A stretch of DNA of 64,000 bases from Acinetobacter phage 133. The translations under genes and the position numbers were made by a program. The notes beneath the pieces are model-generated. The model was not told the DNA's origin, made no database searches, and worked only from the letters and a program-made list of their open reading frames with translations. The stretch lies in sequence record HM114315.1. One strand, given 5' to 3'. Positions 27,456 to 35,249 of this stretch are shown here, in pieces (position 1 is the first letter of the stretch; the number at the start of each line of letters is the position of its first letter).

Positions 27456-27727
27456 TTATTATCCTTTTCCTTGACTTGAATGTTTTTACGTTTCACATAT
27501 TCCTTGGCTGTGACTTGGCCCCATTCCGTGCAGTCATTTTTACAACTAGTTTCGGTCCATTTGCTTTTAACAAAAGCGTAGAATCGTTCAGATTCGTCCT
27601 TGCTGGGATTTTCGAATTGGGAATATACAGTCATTGCACCCTCAAAATAGGTGTTAAACTTATCGGGGTTCTTAGCCGAACAGGCCAGACTGACAGTTAT
27701 AGTCAGCATCATTATTACCCACTTCAT
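27452..27727 (-). CDS. putative lipoprotein
   Basis: Signal peptide with lipobox-like SLAC-S (MKWVIMMLTITVSLACSAK). Confidence 0.4.
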   Translation of the reverse strand: MKWVIMMLTITVSLACSAKNPDKFNTYFEGAMTVYSQFENPSKDESERFYAFVKSKWTETSCKNDCTEWGQVTAKEYVKRKNIQVKEKDNK

Positions 27728-28032
27728 TATTTATCCACCATCTTTTTCTCATTTTCCAGGCAGGTCTCCATAAAAATGGAGTCGAAATTATCAATTACCC
27801 ATTTCTTATGTGAAACATCTTTATCCGGAATAGTCTTTAAATAACTATTCTTAACGTCTTCCAGCCCAGACCGGTTTGGGCACAGGTTAGATACGTAGAC
27901 TGGATATGCGTATGCAATAGACTTAGCGTTACGTTGATATTCATCTACGCCCCCATTTCTGGGAACCTGGAACAAAACCAAGTATATAATAACTAAGCCG
28001 AAGATTATGTATCCTACTGGGTTATCATTCAT
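27727..28032 (-). CDS. hypothetical protein with N-terminal transmembrane/signal anchor
   Basis: 101 aa; N-terminal GYIIFGLVIIYLVLF. Confidence 0.4.
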   Translation of the reverse strand: MNDNPVGYIIFGLVIIYLVLFQVPRNGGVDEYQRNAKSIAYAYPVYVSNLCPNRSGLEDVKNSYLKTIPDKDVSHKKWVIDNFDSIFMETCLENEKKMVDK

Positions 28033-28444
28033 TTTTAGACTCCTCTAAAGGGCCTAAGTTCTCAAACTTGTACGTTGTGTGTTCATTGTACATATTCCAT
28101 ACGCGTAGGAACATAGGTCGTTTGCAATCAATAAAGACCCGATGTAGATCGGGGCCTGAATTTGAGTTTATACTTTCCTTGACAATTGCCCCGGTTGTTG
28201 TCGTACCACAAGAACGCATGTTAAACATGCCGTAATTCGCTGTGGTTCGCTCACCATCGCGCGATATAAAATACAGCTTAAAATCATCAGCCCTACTATT
28301 ATAAATCAGTTCTGCGAAGGGTAGGGAGTCTGTACGATCAACCGATATTTTAGTACCATAACTGCTGTAAGTTGAATCCGCAACTTTCTCCCAGGCAAAT
28401 GCGACTGGGGATAATAGAGCCAGTAATAGGACCAGGTATTTCAT
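28025..28444 (-). CDS. secreted hypothetical protein
   Basis: Signal peptide MKYLVLLLALLSPVAFA. Confidence 0.4.
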   Translation of the reverse strand: MKYLVLLLALLSPVAFAWEKVADSTYSSYGTKISVDRTDSLPFAELIYNSRADDFKLYFISRDGERTTANYGMFNMRSCGTTTTGAIVKESINSNSGPDLHRVFIDCKRPMFLRVWNMYNEHTTYKFENLGPLEESKNE

Positions 28445-28764
28445 CGATCAAGTAATCCTGTGATGTATTGTAACATTAATTTTGATTTGTAAGCTTCACA
28501 CATCTTTTTCTCAGGTGCGTATTCACAATAACCGGATAGTTCTCGATGTTTGCGATTGACTAGTGTTCCGATTGTAACCGGGTCACGTTCATTTAGGCCC
28601 TGGAAGTACATGCTTTCCAGTTCTAATGAGATGACATCAATGCATTCTCGGTTTGTTGAGCAAAACCAGCCTGCTTCTTTTTGAACTTCATTTGCACTGA
28701 GTTTGGCATCAGCTGCCATAAAGGGCGTTAATACCAGTGCTAAGGCTAGTGCGATTTTCTTCAT
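28441..28764 (-). CDS. secreted hypothetical protein
   Basis: Signal peptide MKKIALALALVLTPFMAADA. Confidence 0.4.
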   Translation of the reverse strand: MKKIALALALVLTPFMAADAKLSANEVQKEAGWFCSTNRECIDVISLELESMYFQGLNERDPVTIGTLVNRKHRELSGYCEYAPEKKMCEAYKSKLMLQYITGLLDR

Positions 28765-29267
28765 TTTTCAACCTTCAATATGTTATTAGTTTTAAGGTAT
28801 TGGGCCTTCTTTAAAACACTACGAGAGTATCCTTGACCTTTGTGAATTTGCCATCCGGCATTATATGAAGCAATGGCTTTGCTTATATTGCCATTATGTA
28901 CCTTGAGCCAATACTCAAGTTCTACATTTGCCCAATGTGCTGAGGTATTAAAGCTGCGTAAATCCCCAGCAATTTGAGCATTGGTCTTAGTGACACCGTT
29001 TTGTTTCATGCGACTTTTAACGGTAGGAATATAATTCTGGAATGGCCCTACAGCGTGACCATTCTTTCCGCAGTTAATACCTGCGCTAGATTCCTGCCAG
29101 AGTATAGCAGCCATGATATATCCACGATCTAAATTGCCAGATCGGGACTGCGGGACTTTCTTCCCGTATTGATACGCCTTATGCATATTTTGGATTTGAG
29201 TGTCACTGAAATTATATGCCCATACGGGCGAGGCTACCAAGGCCAATATTAGTAATAGATATTTCAT
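28761..29267 (-). CDS. secreted SLT-domain-like lytic transglycosylase (predicted)
   Basis: Signal peptide MKYLLLILALVASPVWA. The ES...GPFQ signature (WQESSAGINCGKNGHAVGPFQ) resembles the soluble lytic transglycosylase catalytic motif. Confidence 0.4.
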   Translation of the reverse strand: MKYLLLILALVASPVWAYNFSDTQIQNMHKAYQYGKKVPQSRSGNLDRGYIMAAILWQESSAGINCGKNGHAVGPFQNYIPTVKSRMKQNGVTKTNAQIAGDLRSFNTSAHWANVELEYWLKVHNGNISKAIASYNAGWQIHKGQGYSRSVLKKAQYLKTNNILKVEK

Positions 29268-29295
29268 GGGTTCTCCATATATTTACGGTTATTTT

Positions 29296-29637
29296 TTAGC
29301 CAGTATAATAAAATGCGGAAATAATAGCAATCACAATAAAGTGCAATGCCTGGTCCACATGCAAATTAATTTTACCTTCGCATTTTAATGTGTCAATTAC
29401 CCAGTGAGTAACGAACATGAATAGGCCTAGATATAGGCTTTTGGTAATTAACAAAACTGGCAGTGCATGGATTGCAGCATGTGCAGTAATACAATGTAAC
29501 CAAAACTCATTTGGACCATCATTTACCCAACGAGCTTTATATTTTGCGATAAAGTCACCTTGCAGAGGATAATCACATAAAAAGTGAATGGCCATAAAAA
29601 CAGCAAAGATATAAAATAAATTTTCGTAGTCCATCAT
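29296..29637 (-). CDS. membrane protein
   Basis: 113 aa, 3 to 4 hydrophobic helices. Confidence 0.4.
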   Translation of the reverse strand: MMDYENLFYIFAVFMAIHFLCDYPLQGDFIAKYKARWVNDGPNEFWLHCITAHAAIHALPVLLITKSLYLGLFMFVTHWVIDTLKCEGKINLHVDQALHFIVIAIISAFYYTG

Positions 29638-30062
29638 TTTTCCTTTTTCCTGAGGCGGCCCTCAGTCATTTTAGTATACCAATCCATATAGAAAAATGGA
29701 TCTTGCATTTTAAGTTGAAATCTACGAGAAGCATATTCAGATCTGGCTTGTCGATCTTCTTTAGACAGTGTTTGATTGACATAATCAAATCCGCCTTTGC
29801 CTCCCAATTTAACATTGTATGTATCTGGCCTAGTCAGAAATTCTTCGGTTACAATGCTAGCTTCATGTTTGTACATGTCTTCCTGATTATAGTGCACCTT
29901 TAAAATCTCAGTATGGAAATTTTCAGGACCATACTTTTTAATTGCAGTTTTTAAAACTTTACCTGAACCAAGGTAATTGTCATATAAGTTTGACGTTTTA
30001 TGCACACCAACATAAAAATTTCCATTCTTGATGTTGGTGGTTTTATACGTAAAGTAGAACAT
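29634..30062 (-). CDS. GIY-YIG homing endonuclease, short form (catalytic domain only)
   Basis: FYFTYKTTNIKNGNFYVGVH...YLGSG GIY-YIG core. Only 142 aa, so it lacks the C-terminal DNA-binding region seen in the 228-aa paralog. Confidence 0.55.
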   Translation of the reverse strand: MFYFTYKTTNIKNGNFYVGVHKTSNLYDNYLGSGKVLKTAIKKYGPENFHTEILKVHYNQEDMYKHEASIVTEEFLTRPDTYNVKLGGKGGFDYVNQTLSKEDRQARSEYASRRFQLKMQDPFFYMDWYTKMTEGRLRKKEK

Positions 30063-30104
30063 AACAGGTACTAAAAGTATTAATACCTGTATTTATTCAT
30101 TTGC

Positions 30105-30398
30105 TTATTTAACGAGCTTGTCCAATGCAGAAGGGTCTACTTCCAACACATGCTGGACAGTTTTGCCGCTATACTTGCCACGAGCAACATAGATTTTACT
30201 ATTATGTACTTCAGCCGGGCTTTCACCAACAACCGATGGGACCATAATAGTTGACACTGTTGGATCAAGGCTTGCCATTGAAACATTTTTACCGTTGAAT
30301 CGGAAGTTCGCAGATTCATGCAATTCAGTGAATGATTTCATAATTGTTCCAGGTTTAAAAATATATTTACAGAATAATAAAAATCGCTTCGGGATCAA
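30105..30398 (-). CDS. hypothetical protein
   Basis: 97-aa ORF; the true start may be MKSFTEL (about 30341). Confidence 0.3.
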   Translation of the reverse strand: MIPKRFLLFCKYIFKPGTIMKSFTELHESANFRFNGKNVSMASLDPTVSTIMVPSVVGESPAEVHNSKIYVARGKYSGKTVQHVLEVDPSALDKLVK

Positions 30399-30804
30399 CT
30401 AAGCTGTATAAGTGCATAATCGTACGATTTCGCTTATTATGGTTCGTATGATCCTGAAAGTACATACCCTGGAAGTCAATAAACACTCGTTTGACATAAG
30501 AAAGGTCTTGGCCTCTCAAACAATTTGCGTGGTGTCGACCAATTGAGAACCTAGCAAGTTTCGGTGAAATTGAATCAGCGAACTTATCAGACTCTTTTGA
30601 CAGTGGGCCCACGTACATATCCGTATGAGGATTCAATGTCTGCTTTAACTGTTCAACAATGAATTTTTTAGAACAACTCGGCAATGCAACCATACGAGTT
30701 GCCACAACATCCATGTAACTTGGGCCAGTGTAATAACGAGTGTATTCAGACTCTGGTGTTAGTTCAAGTGTTAGTTCATTCAAAATATTTTGTAGAATGC
30801 TCAT
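30367..30804 (-). CDS. hypothetical protein, paralog of 32555..33004
   Basis: 145 aa. Shares NPxTDxxVG and LRGxQ...R.F.D blocks and an identical-style C-terminal end (IFIIL versus IFVVV) with the 149-aa protein. Confidence 0.4.
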   Translation of the reverse strand: MSILQNILNELTLELTPESEYTRYYTGPSYMDVVATRMVALPSCSKKFIVEQLKQTLNPHTDMYVGPLSKESDKFADSISPKLARFSIGRHHANCLRGQDLSYVKRVFIDFQGMYFQDHTNHNKRNRTIMHLYSLVDPEAIFIIL

Positions 30805-31091
30805 GATAAGGCCTTTGTTCGCTGTTTGACGGTCATTAAGCCATAATGACCAAATGTATTACGGGAAGTAGAATTCAGCATGCAATAGTATTTCATGTCC
30901 CAAATGCGAGAATCATTTTTTACTAAGCAATATAAAGAGTGAGCGTCTTTGGTAGACCATTCACATTTTGGGCGGCTATTTTTAATTGCATTCAATTGGA
31001 TTTTCGTACTGTTGGTGCAATACTTATAGCAATCATTCATAAATGCAATCAATTGTTTACGCTTATGTAACTTGTAATGCTTGTTATTCAT
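30801..31091 (-). CDS. hypothetical Cys-rich protein
   Basis: 96 aa with several Cys (CYKYC, C...C). Confidence 0.35.
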   Translation of the reverse strand: MNNKHYKLHKRKQLIAFMNDCYKYCTNSTKIQLNAIKNSRPKCEWSTKDAHSLYCLVKNDSRIWDMKYYCMLNSTSRNTFGHYGLMTVKQRTKALS

Positions 31092-31579
31092 TAGTACGCT
31101 CGATAAATGCAGAGGTCAACCGATGATTGATCCACAGGTTCACCCGGGATTGTATTATTCTCTTTGCATGTAGCATAGAGCTCTTTGTAACGATGGCTTG
31201 ATTTATCCATACCAGATGTATAATCAACAGGCTGTGACCAGTCGTCAGTAATAAAATCGTTTAGTTGTTCTTGAATGCAGTATTTTAAGTTTGAATAATA
31301 CTGAGTAAGAATTTTTGCACCTTCCTCGGTGGATGAGTCTAAATTTTGGTCTAAAGAACTGGCATAGCGTTCATGGCAAATATTTGCGGCCTTATGGTAA
31401 TCTTTACCATACTTGTCCATCAATGGCTCAAGCTCAGCGGTAACAAAATCAGTACCAAGTCCAGCATAATTGGAATCGGGAGTTTCATTCATTTCGTCAC
31501 TGAAACTATGTGAAAGGTCAACGTGAGTATTTGTACAGCCCACCAATAAAAATGATAATGCAATTAATTTAAATTTCAT
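31091..31579 (-). CDS. putative lipoprotein
   Basis: Signal peptide plus lipobox LLVGC (MKFKLIALSFLLVGCTN). Confidence 0.45.
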   Translation of the reverse strand: MKFKLIALSFLLVGCTNTHVDLSHSFSDEMNETPDSNYAGLGTDFVTAELEPLMDKYGKDYHKAANICHERYASSLDQNLDSSTEEGAKILTQYYSNLKYCIQEQLNDFITDDWSQPVDYTSGMDKSSHRYKELYATCKENNTIPGEPVDQSSVDLCIYRAY

Positions 31580-31749
31580 GATACGATACCTAAAATTGAT
31601 AAAAATATGAGTACGGCACCAATCACAAAATGAGTTAAAGCCGTGTGAAAATCTTTAGGATGGCGTTTACTTGGCCATATACAAACTGCAGCCGAAATGA
31701 TCAATAAACACCCAACAAAGAGACTAATTAAAAATCCTGTATTATCCAT
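31576..31749 (-). CDS. small membrane protein (57 aa), not in the ORF track
   Basis: Read by hand: MDNTGFLISLFVGCLLIISAAVCIWPSKRHPKDFHTALTHFVIGAVLIFLSILGIVS. Its stop overlaps the start of the lipoprotein gene (ATGA). Confidence 0.35.
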   Translation of the reverse strand: MDNTGFLISLFVGCLLIISAAVCIWPSKRHPKDFHTALTHFVIGAVLIFLSILGIVS

Positions 31750-31750
31750 G

Positions 31751-32077
31751 TTATCCTCGTAATTTCTTTGCGTTGAGTATCATATAACCGTCTAGATCAA
31801 AGTGAAACATTCCGAGCATTGACGCTGTGGGGTCGCCTGCAGAAGAGTATACTTCATAAATGGCATAGTCATAATCCATATCGGAATTAATATATTTAAC
31901 CAAGTATTTCCCCGGTTCTAAAATAGGGTCTTGATTTATTCTAAACGGCGGGTCATATACAATATCCGGACCCAAATTGATTTTAGGGTCAAAGGTATAA
32001 CCTACGTTAATATATTTAATATCATTATGATCCATTTTCAGATCAGGCAACAAATTGACCACCGACCAGGTGGGCAT
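31751..32077 (-). CDS. hypothetical protein
   Basis: 108-aa ORF. Confidence 0.35.
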   Translation of the reverse strand: MPTWSVVNLLPDLKMDHNDIKYINVGYTFDPKINLGPDIVYDPPFRINQDPILEPGKYLVKYINSDMDYDYAIYEVYSSAGDPTASMLGMFHFDLDGYMILNAKKLRG

Positions 32078-32224
32078 CGTTTGAATAGAGACATAACGCT
32101 TTTGTCCATTATTAAGACACGCAATAAAACCAGTGATATTTGGATTTTTTACTTACATCCGGAAGTTTATAGAAATCGGATGGGTAAATTTGGCGTTCTG
32201 TATACATAACAAATTCCTCATTAA

Positions 32225-32295
32225 TTTAGGACAATATTAAACCAATAAAAATAAAAACGTAAAACCCTAAAACGAAAAACGGCCCGAAGGACCTT
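32225..32295. repeat. intergenic repeat copy C
   Basis: caatattaaaccaataaaaataaaaacgtaaaaccctaaaacgaaaaa plus an imperfect GGCCCgaaGGACC hairpin. Confidence 0.6.
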
Positions 32296-32324
32296 AAGAT
32301 TTTGTTTCACTTATAATATGGAAT

Positions 32325-32555
32325 TCAGACTGTTTTAATCTGTTCTGTTAACCAGGCGGCAACACGTTTTTCAAGGCGAGACATAGCCTCATTTTTATTT
32401 CTGACTGAGCCGTGTTCAGTCCCACAACAAGCAGTTAAACCAGACGGGATATGCGTTAATCGGCATCCAGTAGGGGCTCTATTTAATTCTGTCCAAGCTC
32501 GTCCAGTTCGGTACCATTCCACTCGTATATCGCAAGCATCTAAAACATTCATCAT
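32325..32555 (-). CDS. release-factor domain-3 (GGQ domain) homolog lacking the GGQ motif
   Basis: 76 aa. DIRVEWYRTGRAWTELNRAPTGCRLTHIPSGLTACCGTEHGSVRNKNEAMSRLEKRV aligns with RF1/RF2 DLRIDxxRxSGAGGQHVNxTxSAVRITHIPTGIVVxCQxxRSQHKNKxxAM, with GGQ replaced by RAW. Confidence 0.5.
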   Translation of the reverse strand: MMNVLDACDIRVEWYRTGRAWTELNRAPTGCRLTHIPSGLTACCGTEHGSVRNKNEAMSRLEKRVAAWLTEQIKTV

Positions 32556-33004
32556 TATACCACCACAAAAATAACATTAGGATTACCTAATAATGCCATG
32601 AATTCATCAAGCATTTGCATAGTGCGGCGTACTATTTTAGTATTGCGTCCCAACATAGATGACATGGACACATCCATAAAAATACGAGTCATGCTTTTAA
32701 CTTCTTGTCGCCCGCGAAGCCCATCCGTATTAACTGTATTAATAGTCGAATATAAAAACTTCTTATGTCCCAATCTACGCTGGAAGTCTTCAACCATACG
32801 TAAATTCATTCCAACAAATAAATCAGTATTGGGGTTGAATATCTCAGCAAGTGCCCGAGTTGCACCATATTGTCTAGACGCGGAACATATTGTAGTGCGT
32901 AATTCAAATAATGCTTGCTCTCGATCAACCAAATGAGACATTTGTTTTAAATTGGTTTCCATACGGGGCTGGACTGTATCCAGGTGGTCTTGTAAGTAAT
33001 TCAT
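32555..33004 (-). CDS. hypothetical protein, paralog of 30367..30804
   Basis: 149 aa; see the paralog entry. Confidence 0.4.
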   Translation of the reverse strand: MNYLQDHLDTVQPRMETNLKQMSHLVDREQALFELRTTICSASRQYGATRALAEIFNPNTDLFVGMNLRMVEDFQRRLGHKKFLYSTINTVNTDGLRGRQEVKSMTRIFMDVSMSSMLGRNTKIVRRTMQMLDEFMALLGNPNVIFVVV

Positions 33005-33163
33005 AATTATCTCCTTATGAATAGCACTTCTGCAAAAATACGTGTGAGCTGCTGCCTCACTTGATGTATTTAGTCTTATCGTTGGATCATCACCTCACAC
33101 GGACCTGATTTACCGGCCAGACTAATTACCGGAAAAATAATTGAATTATTTTCAGTTAGGGGG

Positions 33164-33192
33164 TTTACAACCCAGTTGAATTTGGACATAAT
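33164..33192 (+). promoter_or_regulatory. sigma70-like promoter TTTACA-N17-CATAAT
   Basis: -35 TTTACA at 33164..33169, 17-nt spacer, -10 CATAAT at 33187..33192, about 35 nt upstream of the ATG at 33227. Confidence 0.4.
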
Positions 33193-33226
33193 GAACTCAT
33201 ACCAAACAAACACTGAGTAAAACATT

Positions 33227-33664
33227 ATGAAAACTTTAAACACAAACAACGTATTCTTTGCTTTAAACATGTTCTTCGCTGTTGTTGAATTAACAAATGC
33301 GCCGGCTGTTGAATCTGATATTACAGTACGTGCTGATATGTTACAACATCTTAGCGTTACTCAATTGGTTCAAATTGCGAAAAGCATGAACCCAGAGCTC
33401 AAAGTTAACAACAAGCAAAGTCGTGAAATTATCCTAACTGCCATCGAAGCTGAAATGGTTAACTATAACGTTAGAACGGTTGCATCTAAAACTGCTTCAG
33501 GAACTACTAAATCAATCTGCTGGGATGCGTTTGCTACTATCGATATGAGCAATAAAGAAGAAGGCCGCAAAATGGTTGAAAAACTTATTGCTGATCATGG
33601 GTTTTCAAAAGCAGTTGTTCAATCTTATGCTTCTGATTATCGTAAAGCACACCGCACTGCTTAA
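33227..33664 (+). CDS. hypothetical protein, lone plus-strand gene
   Basis: 145 aa. Has its own sigma70-like promoter and intrinsic terminator. N-terminus begins MKT. Confidence 0.45.
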   Translation: MKTLNTNNVFFALNMFFAVVELTNAPAVESDITVRADMLQHLSVTQLVQIAKSMNPELKVNNKQSREIILTAIEAEMVNYNVRTVASKTASGTTKSICWDAFATIDMSNKEEGRKMVEKLIADHGFSKAVVQSYASDYRKAHRTA

Positions 33665-33679
33665 TTCCAGATAGAACAA

Positions 33680-33704
33680 AGGCCTCAATTGAGGCCTTTT
33701 ATTT
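33680..33704 (+). terminator. intrinsic terminator
   Basis: GGCCTCAATTGAGGCC hairpin followed by TTTTATTTT, immediately after the stop at 33664. Confidence 0.6.
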
Positions 33705-33739
33705 TGCCCAGTGGTAAGTTCACTAGGTCTTTTTTTATT

Positions 33740-33853
33740 TGGTGTAGAGCAGTGGAATCAAACCACCTCAGCCAAGAACTTTCTTCCGGATTACTCATTC
33801 CACGACGCCGGGATTACAGTCCCGGGACACATCCCTCTGTGAGCAGACTCTAC
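33740..33853 (-). ncRNA. tRNA-like element (T-arm plus acceptor plus CCA 3' end) of aberrant length
   Basis: Minus strand ends ...GGTGGTTTGATTCCACTGCTCTACACCA, with a matching 5' GTAGAGT 114 nt upstream. No canonical D or anticodon arm could be folded by eye. Confidence 0.2.
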
Positions 33854-33860
33854 ATAATTT

Positions 33861-33937
33861 GGCGGCGCCGTGAAGGACTCGAACCCTCGATGGCGGATTT
33901 GGAATCCGCAGTGTTTCCAACTACACTAACGACCCTT
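33861..33937 (-). tRNA. tRNA-Trp(CCA)-like, possibly degenerate
   Basis: D-arm GTGT/ACAC. Anticodon arm GCGGA-TTCCAAA-TCCGC. T-arm GAGGG-TTCGAGT-CCTTC. The acceptor stem has a G-G mismatch and an irregular 3' tail. Confidence 0.3.
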
Positions 33938-33939
33938 AA

Positions 33940-34626
33940 TTATTTAAACATTTTTCGACCTTTAATCCAACCTTTCGGAATAGGGTCATTTTTATTTATT
34001 CGAGTAGATTTTCGCTCTTCTAAAGAGTGAATCCACATTTTACCAAACTGTGAATTTTTTTCGCCTTTCTGATGTTCTATTTCTGTAAAGGTTTTCTTGA
34101 CTTTTTCAATCGATTCAGGCTTATGTCTTCGTCCCGACCACGGGTGACCGTTTTTATCGAAAGCATCTTTTATTGAATTTGAAACAAGTTCTCTATACCC
34201 TGGGTTAGTCCACATTTTTATAGCAGATAAGCTCATATTAGAAATAAACTTTTCGTTATAGCCTGGTATTTCCAACCTTTTCCGCTGCCGTGCATTTCCA
34301 GCAAGACGTGCTCTTTTACTCATTTCTTGAGCGTCTTTATTCAGATGATCCCAACCGCCTTGTCCACCCAATTTAATATTGTAAGTATCAGAACGATCAA
34401 TAAAATCCTGGTCAACAATTAAAGATTCAATTTCAAACATCTCTTCTTCAGAATCGTGCATCATCAAAATATCTTTCTTGAAATTTTCGATACCGTGTTT
34501 TGAAATAGATCTTTTTAAAATTTTACCTGAGCCCATGTAGCCGTCTTCAAGATTTGCGGTCTTATGAACTCCGACATAAATTTTACCATTTATCAAGTTG
34601 GTAATCTTGTACGTGTAAAAATGCAT
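33940..34626 (-). CDS. GIY-YIG homing endonuclease (full length, Seg-like)
   Basis: HFYTYKITNLINGKIYVGVH...YMGSG..NIKLGGQGG. 228 aa with a basic C-terminal DNA-binding-like region. Sits next to the tRNA cluster, as T4 segB does. Confidence 0.65.
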   Translation of the reverse strand: MHFYTYKITNLINGKIYVGVHKTANLEDGYMGSGKILKRSISKHGIENFKKDILMMHDSEEEMFEIESLIVDQDFIDRSDTYNIKLGGQGGWDHLNKDAQEMSKRARLAGNARQRKRLEIPGYNEKFISNMSLSAIKMWTNPGYRELVSNSIKDAFDKNGHPWSGRRHKPESIEKVKKTFTEIEHQKGEKNSQFGKMWIHSLEERKSTRINKNDPIPKGWIKGRKMFK

Positions 34627-34680
34627 GAGTATCCTCGAATTGTAACGTTACAAGGATATTTATACTCATGCAATAATTTG

Positions 34681-34755
34681 GTGGTAATTGGTGGACTCGA
34701 ACCACCGACCTACGGATTATGATTCCGCTGCTCTACCTACTGAGCTAAACTACCG
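34681..34755 (-). tRNA. tRNA with CAT anticodon (Met or Ile2), copy 1
   Basis: Folded by hand. Acceptor GGTAGTT/AATTACC. D-arm GCTC..GAGC. Anticodon arm GCGGA-ATCATAA-TCCGT. T-arm GGTGG-TTCGAGT-CCACC. Confidence 0.65.
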
Positions 34756-34759
34756 GAAG

Positions 34760-34831
34760 CGAGGACACGATTTGAACGTGCGCGTAAGAGGTTATGAGCC
34801 TCTCATTCTACCAGGCTGAAGTTACCTCGCA
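34760..34831 (-). tRNA. tRNA with CAT anticodon, copy 2
   Basis: Anticodon arm AGAGG-CTCATAA-CCTCT. T-arm GCACG-TTCAAAT-CGTGT. Acceptor GCGAGG/CCTCGC. Confidence 0.55.
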
Positions 34832-34926
34832 ATAATTTGGACGGGTTTTTGAATTTAAGTACGGACTGATTGGTCATGCTAAACTTAAATCCGTGGATTT
34901 CCTGCAATCCACATGCCATGTGCGCA

Positions 34927-35002
34927 ATTGGCAATTTGGCAGACCCGACGGGTTTCGATCCCGCTACCTCCCGCGTGACAGGCGGGTGCTCTTCCGATTG
35001 AG
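34927..35002 (-). tRNA. tRNA-Asp(GTC)
   Basis: Anticodon arm CCCGC-CTGTCAC-GCGGG. D-arm GCTC..GAGC. T-arm GCGGG-ATCGAAA-CCCGT. CCA encoded. Confidence 0.65.
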
Positions 35003-35018
35003 CTACGAATCTATAATT

Positions 35019-35231
35019 TTACATCAAACATAAACTTGTAGCAACCCATTGATTTTGACGGGTCACATGATCAGTAGCGCTTGTTTCATTTGATACTCTA
35101 TGCCCAATTGGACTGGAAATATCTGGTTTTGATGAACGGTGCCCAGTTAAAATACCGGGTATTTTAACTGTTCGATTTGGATAACGAACTAGGCTAAAAT
35201 CTTTCTTGAGCTCGGATTCATATAAACTCAT
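35019..35231 (-). CDS. hypothetical small ORF within the tRNA cluster
   Basis: 70-aa ORF between tRNA-Asp and tRNA-Gln; coding status uncertain. Confidence 0.2.
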   Translation of the reverse strand: MSLYESELKKDFSLVRYPNRTVKIPGILTGHRSSKPDISSPIGHRVSNETSATDHVTRQNQWVATSLCLM

Positions 35232-35249
35232 CTTATACTCACTTAAAAA

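Noticed and set aside
9130-32295. Possibility that the three repeated intergenic elements form a CRISPR-like array
   Set aside because: Only three copies, tens of kilobases apart, with no uniform spacers and no cas genes. They are dispersed terminator-associated repeats instead.
33689-34030. 113-aa plus-strand ORF in the track
   Set aside because: It spans the tRNA-like elements and the terminator region, is rich in Arg/Ser/Leu as expected for an out-of-frame or structured-RNA reading, and has no promoter or Shine-Dalgarno. Judged spurious.
34832-34926. Possible tRNA between the CAT-2 tRNA and tRNA-Asp
   Set aside because: No T-loop (GTTCRANYC) in either orientation and no cloverleaf could be folded. 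The only structure is an 8-bp stem (ATTTAAGT/ACTTAAAT) with a 22-nt loop. Left as a possible small RNA or processing element, not a tRNA.
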